Origin: an uncultured Gemmatimonadaceae bacterium
GTDB lineage: Bacteria; Gemmatimonadota; Gemmatimonadetes; Gemmatimonadales; Gemmatimonadaceae
Reading direction: 5' to 3'
Assembly: GCA_963781585.1 (NCBI GenBank)
Contig: CAWAGQ010000005.1
Location: forward strand, 352,001-416,000
DNA: 64,000 nt
Shown here: positions 1 to 8,659 of the stretch, one piece after another
Position numbering within the stretch: the stretch's first letter is position 1
Layout of the letters: each line of letters begins with the position of its first letter
The notes under the pieces: generated by a model
What the model was told of the DNA's origin: nothing
Databases searched by the model: none
Seen by the model: only the letters and a program-made list of their open reading frames with translations
Translations under genes and position numbers: made by a program

Positions 1-36
1 CGTCGCAGGTCACGAAACCGTGAGTGGTCCGGTACC

Positions 37-1086
37 GTGAGAATTACGGTGCTCATGGGCGGAACATCCGCCGAACGAGATGTCTCCATGTCATCCGGGC
101 TGCGTATTGCGCAGGCGCTGCGCAGTCGCGGCCACGACGTGACGTCGCTCGATACGGCGCTGGGCGGGATCGATGTGGCGCAGGAACAGGCGTTGCTCGA
201 CTCGGGCGTGGGCACGGCACCGCCGTCGCAGGACGCGCTGGCATCGATGTCACGGTCGGCGATCTGGCCGGCGCTGGGGTCGCTGCCGGTGATCCGGGAG
301 GCAGACGTCGTTTTTCTGGCCCTTCACGGAGGAGACGGGGAGGATGGCACGCTGCAGGCGTTCCTGGATCTGTGCGGGGTGCGCTATACGGGGAGCGGGC
401 CCCTCGGCAGCGCGCTGGCAATGGACAAGGAGCTGTCCAAGAAGTTGTTTCGCGCGGACGGGGTACGGACACCGGATTGGCTGATGGCGCCGCCGACACG
501 AGGTACGGACCAAGGCTGGGATTCGACGGCCTTCCTCGAGGCGGTCGACCAGCACTTACGCTTCCCGGTGATCGTGAAGCCGTCGAAGCAGGGCTCAACG
601 GTGGGCCTAACGCTCGTGAAGAAGCGACCGGACCTGGTCGCGGCGATCGACGAGGCGTTTCGGTATGATGATGAGGTCATGCTGGAGGAGTACATTCCGG
701 GGCGTGAACTGACCGTGGCGATTCTCGGCGACTCGGCGCTGCCGGTGGGGGAGATCATCGCGGAGCACGAGATCTATGATTATGAGTGCAAGTACACGAA
801 GGGGATGGCTGTGGAGGAGTTTCCCGCCCGGCTCACGAGCGAGCAGGCCCGCACCGTCCAGGAGGACGCGAAGCGGGCTTTCACCTCGCTGAAGCTTCGC
901 GGGTATGGGCGGATTGACTTCCGTCTGAGCCCGCAAGGTGGTTCTTTCTGTCTGGAGGCGAACACCCTTCCGGGGATGACCGAGCTGAGCCTGGTGCCAC
1001 AAGCCGCGGCCGCAGCGGGGATGTCATTTCCGGAGCTCTGCGAGCGCATCGTACAGCTTGCATTCAACGAAAGGGGCGAACGGTAA
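37..1086 (+). CDS. ddl: D-alanine--D-alanine ligase
   Basis: MRITVLMGGTSAERDVS N-terminus, ALHGGDGEDG, VKPSKQGSTVG, YDYECKY omega loop (Tyr, D-Ala-D-Ala type), EANTLPGMT. Confidence 0.96.
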   Translation: MRITVLMGGTSAERDVSMSSGLRIAQALRSRGHDVTSLDTALGGIDVAQEQALLDSGVGTAPPSQDALASMSRSAIWPALGSLPVIREADVVFLALHGGDGEDGTLQAFLDLCGVRYTGSGPLGSALAMDKELSKKLFRADGVRTPDWLMAPPTRGTDQGWDSTAFLEAVDQHLRFPVIVKPSKQGSTVGLTLVKKRPDLVAAIDEAFRYDDEVMLEEYIPGRELTVAILGDSALPVGEIIAEHEIYDYECKYTKGMAVEEFPARLTSEQARTVQEDAKRAFTSLKLRGYGRIDFRLSPQGGSFCLEANTLPGMTELSLVPQAAAAAGMSFPELCERIVQLAFNERGER

Positions 1087-1087
1087 C

Positions 1088-1747
1088 ATGGGAGCTACAC
1101 CAGTACTTGCTGCGGCCCTGGCCGGCATTCCGGCGGGCATACAGAGGCAGGGCATCTGCGCTGGGCGGCGGCAGCTGTTCGTTCGGTTCGCCGGGCCGGC
1201 GGAGACCGCGCAGATGTATACGTCCGACGCATTGGCTCGCGAGCTGAATCGCGCGCTGTCACGCACGGTTTTCCATTCGGTGTGCGTCACGGGCCGGGAC
1301 GCGCTGGGCAACCCGGAGTTCCTGGCTGCCGCGTTTCGGCAACTCCCGCCGGCGTGCGAGATCGTGGTCGATACGGACGGGCAGCGTCCCGAGTCCCTGG
1401 CCGCGCTGCAGCCATTCGTGAAGCTCCTGCAGCTGACGGTAGAGCCGCCAGTTTCGGCCGCCGTACTCGAGCGTGGGATGGAGACCATTCGCACGGCAGC
1501 ACGCGCCGGTTGCGCACACGCGGTAACGATCGCGGGTACCGATGAGGCCAGTGACGCGGATTATCTGCAGATCGTCGAGCTGACGCGTGACGCCAGTTCG
1601 GCGGCGGCGATCGTGATTCACCCCGGGCCAGGCGCGGAACGGGGAGCGCTGGACAAGCGTTGGAGCGTGCTCATGGAGCATGCGTCGTCACGGCATCGCG
1701 ACGTGAGGCTGGTGTCGCGGTTGACCGGGCCGTCGACCATGCGCTAA
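1088..1747 (+). CDS. QueE-like (7-carboxy-7-deazaguanine synthase-like) protein lacking the radical-SAM CxxxCxxC motif
   Basis: GIQRQGICAGRRQLFVRFAG resembles QueE SIQGEG..GRRQxFVRFAGC; VCVTGRDAL resembles TGGEPL; VVDTDG resembles ETNG; ATG 1 nt after the ddl stop. Confidence 0.6.
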   Translation: MGATPVLAAALAGIPAGIQRQGICAGRRQLFVRFAGPAETAQMYTSDALARELNRALSRTVFHSVCVTGRDALGNPEFLAAAFRQLPPACEIVVDTDGQRPESLAALQPFVKLLQLTVEPPVSAAVLERGMETIRTAARAGCAHAVTIAGTDEASDADYLQIVELTRDASSAAAIVIHPGPGAERGALDKRWSVLMEHASSRHRDVRLVSRLTGPSTMR

Positions 1748-1838
1748 CGGGTGCCGCGTGTACGTCGTGTCGCCGGGTGGAGGAACAGATGCCTGACGGA
1801 CGTGATAGAAATATGGAATTCAGTCATCCCCGTGCCGC

Positions 1839-2756
1839 ATGACCGCCCTGTCTATCGAAGAGCTCGAGAGTTCGCATCGTCCACGCGCCGTGCAGTGGCT
1901 GATCGCGCTGAACGTCGCGGTCTTCTACGTGCAATGGAATTTCGTGGGCTCCGGCAACATGGGGCATGCGCTCGGGTTCACATCGCGCAACCTGTCCGAC
2001 GCGCCATGGACGGTGGTGTCGCTCGTCACGTACATGTTTGTGCACGCAGGCGTGTGGCAGCTGGTGCTGAACATGTACATGTTGTGGCTTTTTGGTCCCC
2101 GGCTGGAGCGTGTCTGGAGCGCTGGCGAATTCACGCGCTATTACATCCTGTGTGCTCTCGGGGGCTGGCTGTTCCATCTTCTGTTTGCGCGTGACAGTCT
2201 CCTCGTGGGGTCCTCGGCGGCGGTCCTGGGCGTGATGCTGGCATATGCGGCGCGGTGGCCGGACGACGAGGTCTATCTGTTCGGCATGATGCCCGTGCGG
2301 GCCCGTTGGCTCGCACCAGCGATGGGCGGCGTGCTCGTGGGCGCCGGCGTGCTTGGCGGTGGAGACGCTTCCGGAGTGGCGTATCTGGCGCACGTGGGGG
2401 GGATTGCGGCCGGATGGCTGTATCTCCGGTCGTCGATGTCGACCAGCATCGACCGATTGCGGCAGCGGGTCTCGCAGCTCCCCGATGTCGCCGAGGAATT
2501 GCCGCGCGCCATTCCGCGTTCGATGCCGCGGGTGCGGGAGCGGGGAGGCGTGATCGACGACGTTGTGGCGCGGAGCAATGCCGCGCTCAGCCAGCGGGCC
2601 GTCAAGGCGTCCCCGGCCCCTGGCCGGGAAGGGCATCAGCTGACCGATCTCAACGTGGTCCTGGACAAGATCTCACAGCAGGGGATCGACAGCCTAACGA
2701 GCGATGAGCGCAAGCTGCTGGAGGAGATGTCGCAGGAGTTGCGGCGCAAGGAGTAG
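1839..2756 (+). CDS. Rhomboid family intramembrane serine protease with C-terminal soluble domain
   Basis: TYMFVH, NMYMLWLFGPRLE, VGSSAA (catalytic Ser), AYLAHVGG (catalytic His), several TM helices, C-terminal VLDKISQQGIDSLTSDERKLL. Confidence 0.9.
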   Translation: MTALSIEELESSHRPRAVQWLIALNVAVFYVQWNFVGSGNMGHALGFTSRNLSDAPWTVVSLVTYMFVHAGVWQLVLNMYMLWLFGPRLERVWSAGEFTRYYILCALGGWLFHLLFARDSLLVGSSAAVLGVMLAYAARWPDDEVYLFGMMPVRARWLAPAMGGVLVGAGVLGGGDASGVAYLAHVGGIAAGWLYLRSSMSTSIDRLRQRVSQLPDVAEELPRAIPRSMPRVRERGGVIDDVVARSNAALSQRAVKASPAPGREGHQLTDLNVVLDKISQQGIDSLTSDERKLLEEMSQELRRKE

Positions 2757-2838
2757 AGGGCCCACCGCGAACTCGCCCTGGCGGCCGAGTGCCGCCCCCG
2801 GGGAGCAGGCGTCGGTCAGCGTGACTATCCAAGAAAGA

Positions 2839-2861
2839 GCCCCCCGGACATGCCGGGGGGC
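2839..2861. terminator. GC-rich stem-loop, possible intrinsic terminator
   Basis: GCCCCCCGG-acatg-CCGGGGGGC, 9-bp stem, preceded by AAGAAAGA (a U-rich tail on the minus strand). Confidence 0.4.
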
Positions 2862-3030
2862 GGGTGCCGCCACGCCGTTCTCGCGGCGGCGACTGCCGGC
2901 GCATACGCGCCAGCTTCCGGAAGGTACGGGCGGGCGCCGGAGCTGTCCATCCCGCGTACCGCATTTCGTGTCGACCGTGCGCCGCGGCGCGTTGCTGGCG
3001 TGACGGAGACCAAAGGTAGATTGTACTGTC

Positions 3031-3444
3031 ATGCCCCAGCCGGATCTCCTGGAAACGTTTCCGAATCCCCACCCGGGCCGGCCATACGAGGTTCATCTCA
3101 TCTGCTCGGAGTTCACCTCGCTCTGTCCCATCGGGGGAGTGGAGAGCGATGCCGCGGAGCTGTCACTGCTCAAAGGCGGAGCACCGGATTTCGGAGTCAT
3201 CGAAATCACGTACATCCCCGCCGAACGCTGCGTGGAGTTGAAGAGCCTGAAGCTGTATCTCTGGAGCTACCGGAACGACGGGGTCTTTTACGAACGCGCG
3301 GTGAACCGCATTCTGGACGATCTCCAGGAGCGGCTGGCGGCGCGGTGGATCCGGGTGAGGGGAGATTTCAACGTGCGCGGGGGAATCAAGTCGATCATCA
3401 GCGCAACGGCCGGGGCCCCACCGGTCGGGAGCGAGGGTCGTTAG
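3031..3444 (+). CDS. queF: NADPH-dependent preQ0 (7-cyano-7-deazaguanine) reductase, unimodular type
   Basis: LETFPNP, EFTSLCP (catalytic Cys), PDFG, QueF motif ELKSLKLYL, FYE, FNVRGGI. Confidence 0.92.
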   Translation: MPQPDLLETFPNPHPGRPYEVHLICSEFTSLCPIGGVESDAAELSLLKGGAPDFGVIEITYIPAERCVELKSLKLYLWSYRNDGVFYERAVNRILDDLQERLAARWIRVRGDFNVRGGIKSIISATAGAPPVGSEGR

Positions 3445-3540
3445 GCCGACAGGCGGAACAGACCTTTCTGACGGTCGATTCCCGCGGGGATTCGCGCCGG
3501 ACGTGACGCCAGTCCCGGTGTGCGCGATCGGCGGCACGAC

Positions 3541-3570
3541 TTGGCGATGCGCCTGGGGGCTGGTTACGTT
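3541..3570 (+). promoter_or_regulatory. Putative sigma70 promoter of tRNA-Phe
   Basis: TTGGCG-N18-TACGTT ending 10 nt upstream of the tRNA 5' end. Confidence 0.4.
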
Positions 3571-3580
3571 TCTCGCCTCC

Positions 3581-3653
3581 GGCTAGGTAGCTCAGTTGGT
3601 AGAGCAGCGGACTGAAAATCCGTGTGTCGGCAGTTCGATTCTGCCCCTAGCCA
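3581..3653 (+). tRNA. tRNA-Phe (GAA), CCA not encoded
   Basis: Acceptor stem GGCTAGG/CCTAGCC plus discriminator A; D arm AGCTCAGTTGGTAGAGC; anticodon loop CTGAAAA; T loop GTTCGATT. Confidence 0.97.
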
Positions 3654-3720
3654 CTGGCAACCCACGATGGCGGACGGTCCGATGCTCCATTTGCCGGCCG
3701 TCATGGCGATGGCCAACGTC

Positions 3721-3963
3721 TCAGGGCCGTGCTTCAGACTGCGGGCGCGCCGATGTCGCCTGGTTCGATGAAGACGGCGAGCCCGCGAACCCCTCGATCA
3801 TCCTCCGGGAGAAGGCCGGGAGGGCTGCGGGCGTGAGGCTGGTGACGAGGCGCTCTTCCCCAGCCACCTCGCGCGCAACCCAGTCACCGGCGGTGTTGCA
3901 AACGTCGGTTTGGAGCGATGGCAGGGAGGTCAATTCGCCGTGCGGGCATCCGCGGATGACGCC
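3721..3963 (-). pseudogene. Degenerate C-terminal remnant of a PfpI/DJ-1 (YhbO-like) protein
   Basis: LTSLPSLQTDVCNTAGDWVAREVAGEERLVTSLTPAALPAFSRRMIEGFA parallels the PfpI C-terminus LTSWPSLxTDLxNAGaxWVDxEVVVDxxLVTSRxPxDLPAFxxxMIExFA; no N-terminal part or ICHG nucleophile motif found. Confidence 0.6.
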
Positions 3964-4107
3964 CTCCCCGGGCGAAATTGGGCTGGTCCCCGCACGGACT
4001 TCCCGGGTAACCGGGGCGCGGTCCCGCACACGCCGCCCGGGTAACCAATTGTGCCCGAGGCCGCTGATGGCACATGATTGTCGCAGTGCGCGATTATTGC
4101 GCGCCCG

Positions 4108-5379
4108 ATGGCTCATTCCCCGCACATGAAGCCGCCACCGTTGCGATCGAGGTCCTCGCCGGTGGAGGTCCGTGATCCCAGAGTCCACGCCTTTCACCGG
4201 GCGCTGGCGTCACTTCCGGCGGCGTTGTTCCAGTTCGACCCGCGGATGCGAGAGGGATGGTATACCGATCGGTATTTCGTACGGACTGCGGAAACAATCG
4301 CCCTAAACGGCCGTGATCCGGTGGTGACGATGCAGGTGTTCGCCAAGCAGTATGGCGTCATCGCCGGCATCTACGAGGCGATTCGCATGCTGCACACCCA
4401 GCTGGCTCCGCATCCCGTGAGCGGACGACTGTATTCGCCCGACGAGTTCACAATTGACGCGCTCATGGATGGCGACGCGATCGCTCCGTTCGAAACGGCG
4501 CTGGTCATCAATGGACCGTACCTCGCCTACGCGCACCTGGAGACGGACTACCTCGGTGTTCTAGCCCGCCGGTCGTTGGTGGCGTCGAACGTCCGGCGCG
4601 TCATCGATGCGGCGAACGGCAAGCCGGTGATCTTCATGGGCGCCAGGCACGATGACTGGCGGGTGCAGACGCCCGACGGGTACGCCGCGCGGGTGGGCGG
4701 CGCGGGCAGCGTCGCGAGCGATGCGGGCGGAGCGTGGTGGGGCGCCTCGGGCGTCGGCACCATGCCGCACGCGATGATCGCGGCTTTCCGCGGCGACACG
4801 GTCGCGGCGACGCTGGCGTTCGCTCGCTATTGCCGGCAGGTGGAACCAGAGGTAAGGGTCGTGAGTCTGGTCGACTATGCCAATGATGTCGTGCGTGATG
4901 CCCTGGCCGTGGCGCGGGCGATGCGTGACACGTTCGGGGCCGGGGTGCTCGCGGCGGTCCGGGTAGATACGAGCGAGAGTCTGGTGGATGCATCCCTCGC
5001 CGAAGAAGCATCACGGCGAGGTCCCGAGGGGCTGCTTGGGGTGAATCCGAAGCTCGTCAGGCAGCTGCGTTCGGCGCTCGACGGCGCGGGCTTCCCGAAT
5101 GTGGGGATCATCGTCTCGGGTGGGTTCACCCCGGCGAAGATTCGCCGCTTCGAGAAGGAAGGGGTTCCGGTCACCGGGTATGGTATCGGGTCCAGCCTTC
5201 TCGGCCACAACGACGGCGTGGTGGACGGATTGCTGAACGATTTCGACTTCACCGCGGATGTCGTTGCAGTTGACGGCCAACCGGAGAGCAAGGCGGGGCG
5301 TGGACTATCGCCCAATCCGCGCCTGATTCGATTGGATCCCGATCTCCTCGGCCAGGCGGAGCGTCGGGACCCGCGATGA
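4108..5379 (+). CDS. pncB: Nicotinate phosphoribosyltransferase (QPRTase/NAPRTase fold)
   Basis: YTDRYF, FMGARHD, GTMPHA (phospho-His), LVDY, VRVDTS, IIVSGGF, FTADVV; start uncertain (4108 or 4126). Confidence 0.82.
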   Translation: MAHSPHMKPPPLRSRSSPVEVRDPRVHAFHRALASLPAALFQFDPRMREGWYTDRYFVRTAETIALNGRDPVVTMQVFAKQYGVIAGIYEAIRMLHTQLAPHPVSGRLYSPDEFTIDALMDGDAIAPFETALVINGPYLAYAHLETDYLGVLARRSLVASNVRRVIDAANGKPVIFMGARHDDWRVQTPDGYAARVGGAGSVASDAGGAWWGASGVGTMPHAMIAAFRGDTVAATLAFARYCRQVEPEVRVVSLVDYANDVVRDALAVARAMRDTFGAGVLAAVRVDTSESLVDASLAEEASRRGPEGLLGVNPKLVRQLRSALDGAGFPNVGIIVSGGFTPAKIRRFEKEGVPVTGYGIGSSLLGHNDGVVDGLLNDFDFTADVVAVDGQPESKAGRGLSPNPRLIRLDPDLLGQAERRDPR

Positions 5380-5515
5380 GGCGGTGGCACGATCAGTGAA
5401 CGTGCCTGGCTCCTGATGACACGCGCGGCACCTGCCCGGCGCAGTGGATGCCCAACCCGTGGCCTGGTGCTGGGGCCTGCGGGGGCACGATACCACTACT
5501 CAGCTTCCCGGCAGC

Positions 5516-6091
5516 TCAGAATGCAATGGCGATGCGAAGGCCGTTGCGTGGTCCTGGAAGGATCGACACACGGCGCGGCAGCGGGACACCGACCCATTGC
5601 TCGGCGCGAAATCGCGAGCCGACAAATCCGCCGATGACGGCTCCAGCGAGTGCACCCAGCCCGGTGGTCAATGGCCGGCTGTACTTGCGCGAGGTGTCAG
5701 ATGGTGTGAAGGACGCCGCGAAGATCAGCCCGCCCAGCGCACCGCCAGCCGCGCCGATGACCGCGCCGCGCCGGATAAACGGGCCGTAGGAGCGGCGCTG
5801 CCCGATGCTGGTCTCGATGCGTTGCACCTGGTCGAGCGTGACGGACCAAAGGCCTCGACCGACGCCCTCTTCGACGAGCACCAGGGTATCGGCGCGCATT
5901 TCGACGTAGTTGGCAATGAGGGGAGTAACAAAAACAGTGGCATGCACTCGCACACGCGCGCCCGGTACGAGCGGGGTGCTCCCCGGGGCGGCGGGGTCTC
6001 GCTGCTGCGCGCGCGCACGGTGTGCAGGCACCGCGAGGAACGCAACTGCCATCACTAAGGCTTGCAGACGCAAAAGGTTAGTCCTCGGCAT
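5516..6091 (-). CDS. Hypothetical exported or membrane protein with glycine-zipper-like segments
   Basis: Signal peptide (LVMAVAFLAVPAHRARA-Q); GAVIGAAGGALGG and GLGALAGAVIGGFVG segments. Confidence 0.7.
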   Translation of the reverse strand: MPRTNLLRLQALVMAVAFLAVPAHRARAQQRDPAAPGSTPLVPGARVRVHATVFVTPLIANYVEMRADTLVLVEEGVGRGLWSVTLDQVQRIETSIGQRRSYGPFIRRGAVIGAAGGALGGLIFAASFTPSDTSRKYSRPLTTGLGALAGAVIGGFVGSRFRAEQWVGVPLPRRVSILPGPRNGLRIAIAF

Positions 6092-6358
6092 CGATCGGCT
6101 CAGAGATCCACAACCAGACCTACCGCGAATAGTAAACCGTGTTACCTGCCAAGTCGTGGTGGCCAACAATCCGTACTAGGACGGTCCAGATCCCTGTCGC
6201 GTAATTCCTATTGCTGCCAACGCTTCCGGGCCGCCGTTGTACGCGCCCCACGCCGCGAGGCACTACGCCGGATCCAACCATTCGAGGGCAACCGGATCAG
6301 GGCGCCCTCTCGGCGGGGCAGGTGCCTGATTCCGCGCTTGTCGCCGGGCGGCTGCGAG

Positions 6359-6410
6359 GCGGACCGAGGGAGGCCGCCTCATGAGCGGACCGAGTGAGGC
6401 CGCCTCATGA
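6359..6410. repeat. Tandem 26-bp direct repeat (2 copies, 1 mismatch), each with an internal palindrome
   Basis: GCGGACCGAG(G/T)GAGGCCGCCTCATGA at 6359-6384 and 6385-6410; internal GAGGC-C-GCCTC. Confidence 0.85.
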
Positions 6411-6482
6411 ATGGTGTGCGGACCGTGACCGGTCTAACTTGGGTTGGTCAGAGTCGCATCGCCGCACCCAGAACCAGACGAC

Positions 6483-7802
6483 ATGCACTCCGTCCACACA
6501 CTCACCGACGTTCGCACGATCGTCGAACGACAGCGTGTCAGCCCCAGTGATGTCGCGCCCGTCGCCGGGTCCCTGGAAGGCTCAGAGATCCTGAGGATTG
6601 CGGCCGACGTTCGTGCACGCATCGCGGCGGGGGAGGGCGTCTGCAATCTCACCGTCGGCGACTTCGATCCCCGCCAATTCAGAATTCCGAAGGTCCTCGA
6701 AGAGGAAACGATCGAGGCGCTGCGGCAGGGGCAAACCAACTACCCCCCGTCGGCGGGAATGCCGGTGTTGCGGGAAGCCGTGGCGGCCTTCTACGAGCGC
6801 GAACTCGGCCTGCGCTATCCGGTGGAATCGATTCTGATCACGGCGGGGTCGCGGCCAGGTGTCTACGGCACGTATCGAACGGTAGTTGGGGAAGGTGACC
6901 GAGTGGCCTACGGCGTCCCATCCTGGAACAACAACTACTACTGCCATATGGCGCGCGCTGCGGAGGTTCCCGTGCCGTGTGCCCCGGCGGCCGCGTTCCT
7001 GCCGTCACGGGAACAACTCGAGCCGGCCCTGCGCGGGGCCAGAATGCTCGCGCTCAATTCTCCGCTGAATCCCTGCGGTACCGCCTACGATGCCGAAACG
7101 TTAGGCGATATCTGTGACCTGGTTCTGGAGGAAAACGCGCGGCGCGCTCCGAGCGACGGGCCCCTGTATGTGATGTACGATCAGGTGTACTGGCAGCTCA
7201 CGTTCGGCGCCACACAGCATGTCGATCCGGTGTCGCTGCGCCCCGAGATGGCGCGGTTTACGGTGTACGTTGATGGGATCTCCAAGGCGTTTGCGGCCAC
7301 CGGCATGCGGGTGGGCTGGGTGATCGGCCCCCGGCACGTTATCAGCGTGATGAACAACGTGCTGGGACATATCGGTACATGGGCACCGCGAGCCGAGCAG
7401 ATCGCCACGGCGAGGCTGCTGGGTGAGACCGAGGCCATCGAGGAGTTTCGTGCGCAACTCGTGGCTGGAGTGCAGGCCCGCCTTGACCTGCTCTTCCGCG
7501 GCATTCGGGAGCTTCACAAAGCGGGGCACCCGGTTGACGCGATCGAGCCGATGGGTGCGATCTACCTGAGTGCGCAAATCGACCTGTTTGGCCGGACCAC
7601 GCGTGAGGGAGCGCCCCTCCGCTCCAGCGACGATATCCGGGGGTGGCTGCTCCGGGAGGCCGGGCTGGCCGTGGTTCCGTTCAGTGCGTTCGGCGCAGGC
7701 GACATGAAGGCCTGGTTCCGCCTGTCCGTGGGCGCAGTGTCGCCTGCGGAAATAGAAGCTGCGCTTCCGCGCCTCCGCGCTGGTCTCGAGTCGCTCCGCT
7801 AG
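6483..7802 (+). CDS. Class I/II PLP-dependent aminotransferase (aspartate aminotransferase-like)
   Basis: NLTVGDFD, TNYPPSAG, NSPLNPCG, YDQVY, DGISKAFAATGMRVGW (PLP Lys), WFRLS. Confidence 0.92.
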   Translation: MHSVHTLTDVRTIVERQRVSPSDVAPVAGSLEGSEILRIAADVRARIAAGEGVCNLTVGDFDPRQFRIPKVLEEETIEALRQGQTNYPPSAGMPVLREAVAAFYERELGLRYPVESILITAGSRPGVYGTYRTVVGEGDRVAYGVPSWNNNYYCHMARAAEVPVPCAPAAAFLPSREQLEPALRGARMLALNSPLNPCGTAYDAETLGDICDLVLEENARRAPSDGPLYVMYDQVYWQLTFGATQHVDPVSLRPEMARFTVYVDGISKAFAATGMRVGWVIGPRHVISVMNNVLGHIGTWAPRAEQIATARLLGETEAIEEFRAQLVAGVQARLDLLFRGIRELHKAGHPVDAIEPMGAIYLSAQIDLFGRTTREGAPLRSSDDIRGWLLREAGLAVVPFSAFGAGDMKAWFRLSVGAVSPAEIEAALPRLRAGLESLR

Positions 7803-7872
7803 CGACTCGCTCCACTCGAGACCGTCCGCTCTTAACTGCTGTGTTATCTCTGATTCACAAGGAGAGTTATCC

Positions 7873-8463
7873 ATGTCACGGTTCCTGGCCGCCGCCCTCC
7901 TGGGCGCACTCACGCTGCCGGGCGCGGCGATCGGTGCCCAGCGCGGGCGCATTCCACCGCGTGACGAACAGATTGCCGCGGCGGTTCTGCCGTTGCCGCC
8001 GCACCTTCGGGCCCCGGCGACAGTGCTGGGATACAGTGCCAACGGGAAGCTGATCGTGCTCCGGAAAGGCACGGGAGACATGACCTGTCTCGCCCACAAT
8101 CCGAGCGAGAAGACCTTCCACGTCGCGTGCTATCACAATTCACTGGAGCCATTCATGGCACGCGGCCGAGCGCTGCGGGACCAGGGAGTCAAGGATCCGC
8201 AGGTTGACACTGTGCGGTTCGCCGAAGCGAAGTCAGGGAAGCTGAAGCTCCCGTCCGGACCGGCGAGTCTGTACCAGTTGTTTGGTGGCACGTTCGATCC
8301 CAAGAAGGGCACGGTGACCGGTGCGGAACCCTTGTACGTGGTCTACATCCCTTATGCCACCGGTGCCACCACCGGCTTGTCAGAGCGACCGATTGAAGGT
8401 GGCCCGTGGCTCATGTATCCAGGCACTCCAAAGGCCCACATCATGTACACGCCGAAGATGTGA
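7873..8463 (+). CDS. Hypothetical secreted protein
   Basis: AAGGAG RBS, signal peptide, two Cys, conserved-looking C-terminus PWLMYPGTPKAHIM. Confidence 0.75.
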   Translation: MSRFLAAALLGALTLPGAAIGAQRGRIPPRDEQIAAAVLPLPPHLRAPATVLGYSANGKLIVLRKGTGDMTCLAHNPSEKTFHVACYHNSLEPFMARGRALRDQGVKDPQVDTVRFAEAKSGKLKLPSGPASLYQLFGGTFDPKKGTVTGAEPLYVVYIPYATGATTGLSERPIEGGPWLMYPGTPKAHIMYTPKM

Positions 8464-8630
8464 GTTCAGATGAGACAAGTGGCGGAATACGTTACCGAAT
8501 AGTGACTTAGATCAGGTCCTCATCGTCGGGATGCATACAGCGCCGCCCAGTTACTTCACTGTGCGGCGCTGTCGCATAGATGCATGATGCTGTCGTCATG
8601 ATGTCCCATTGCGATTGGGCCATCAGTACT

Positions 8631-8658
8631 CTAGCGTTATATCCGGATATAGCGATAG
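8631..8658. promoter_or_regulatory. Palindromic operator candidate for the SahR-like regulator
   Basis: Perfect 14-bp palindrome TATATCCGGATATA (8638-8651) inside an imperfect 28-bp palindrome, ending just before the ATG at 8660. Confidence 0.6.
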
Positions 8659-8659
8659 A

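Noticed and set aside
37..1086. Van-type D-Ala-D-Lac ligase
   Set aside because: The omega loop has Tyr (YDYECKY) and no van genes are adjacent.
2860..3030. preQ1 riboswitch upstream of queF
   Set aside because: No short hairpin with an A-rich tail; the -10 box position suggests a leaderless mRNA.
6359..6430. Mini-CRISPR array
   Set aside because: The repeats are directly adjacent with no spacers, there are only two full copies, and no cas genes are present.
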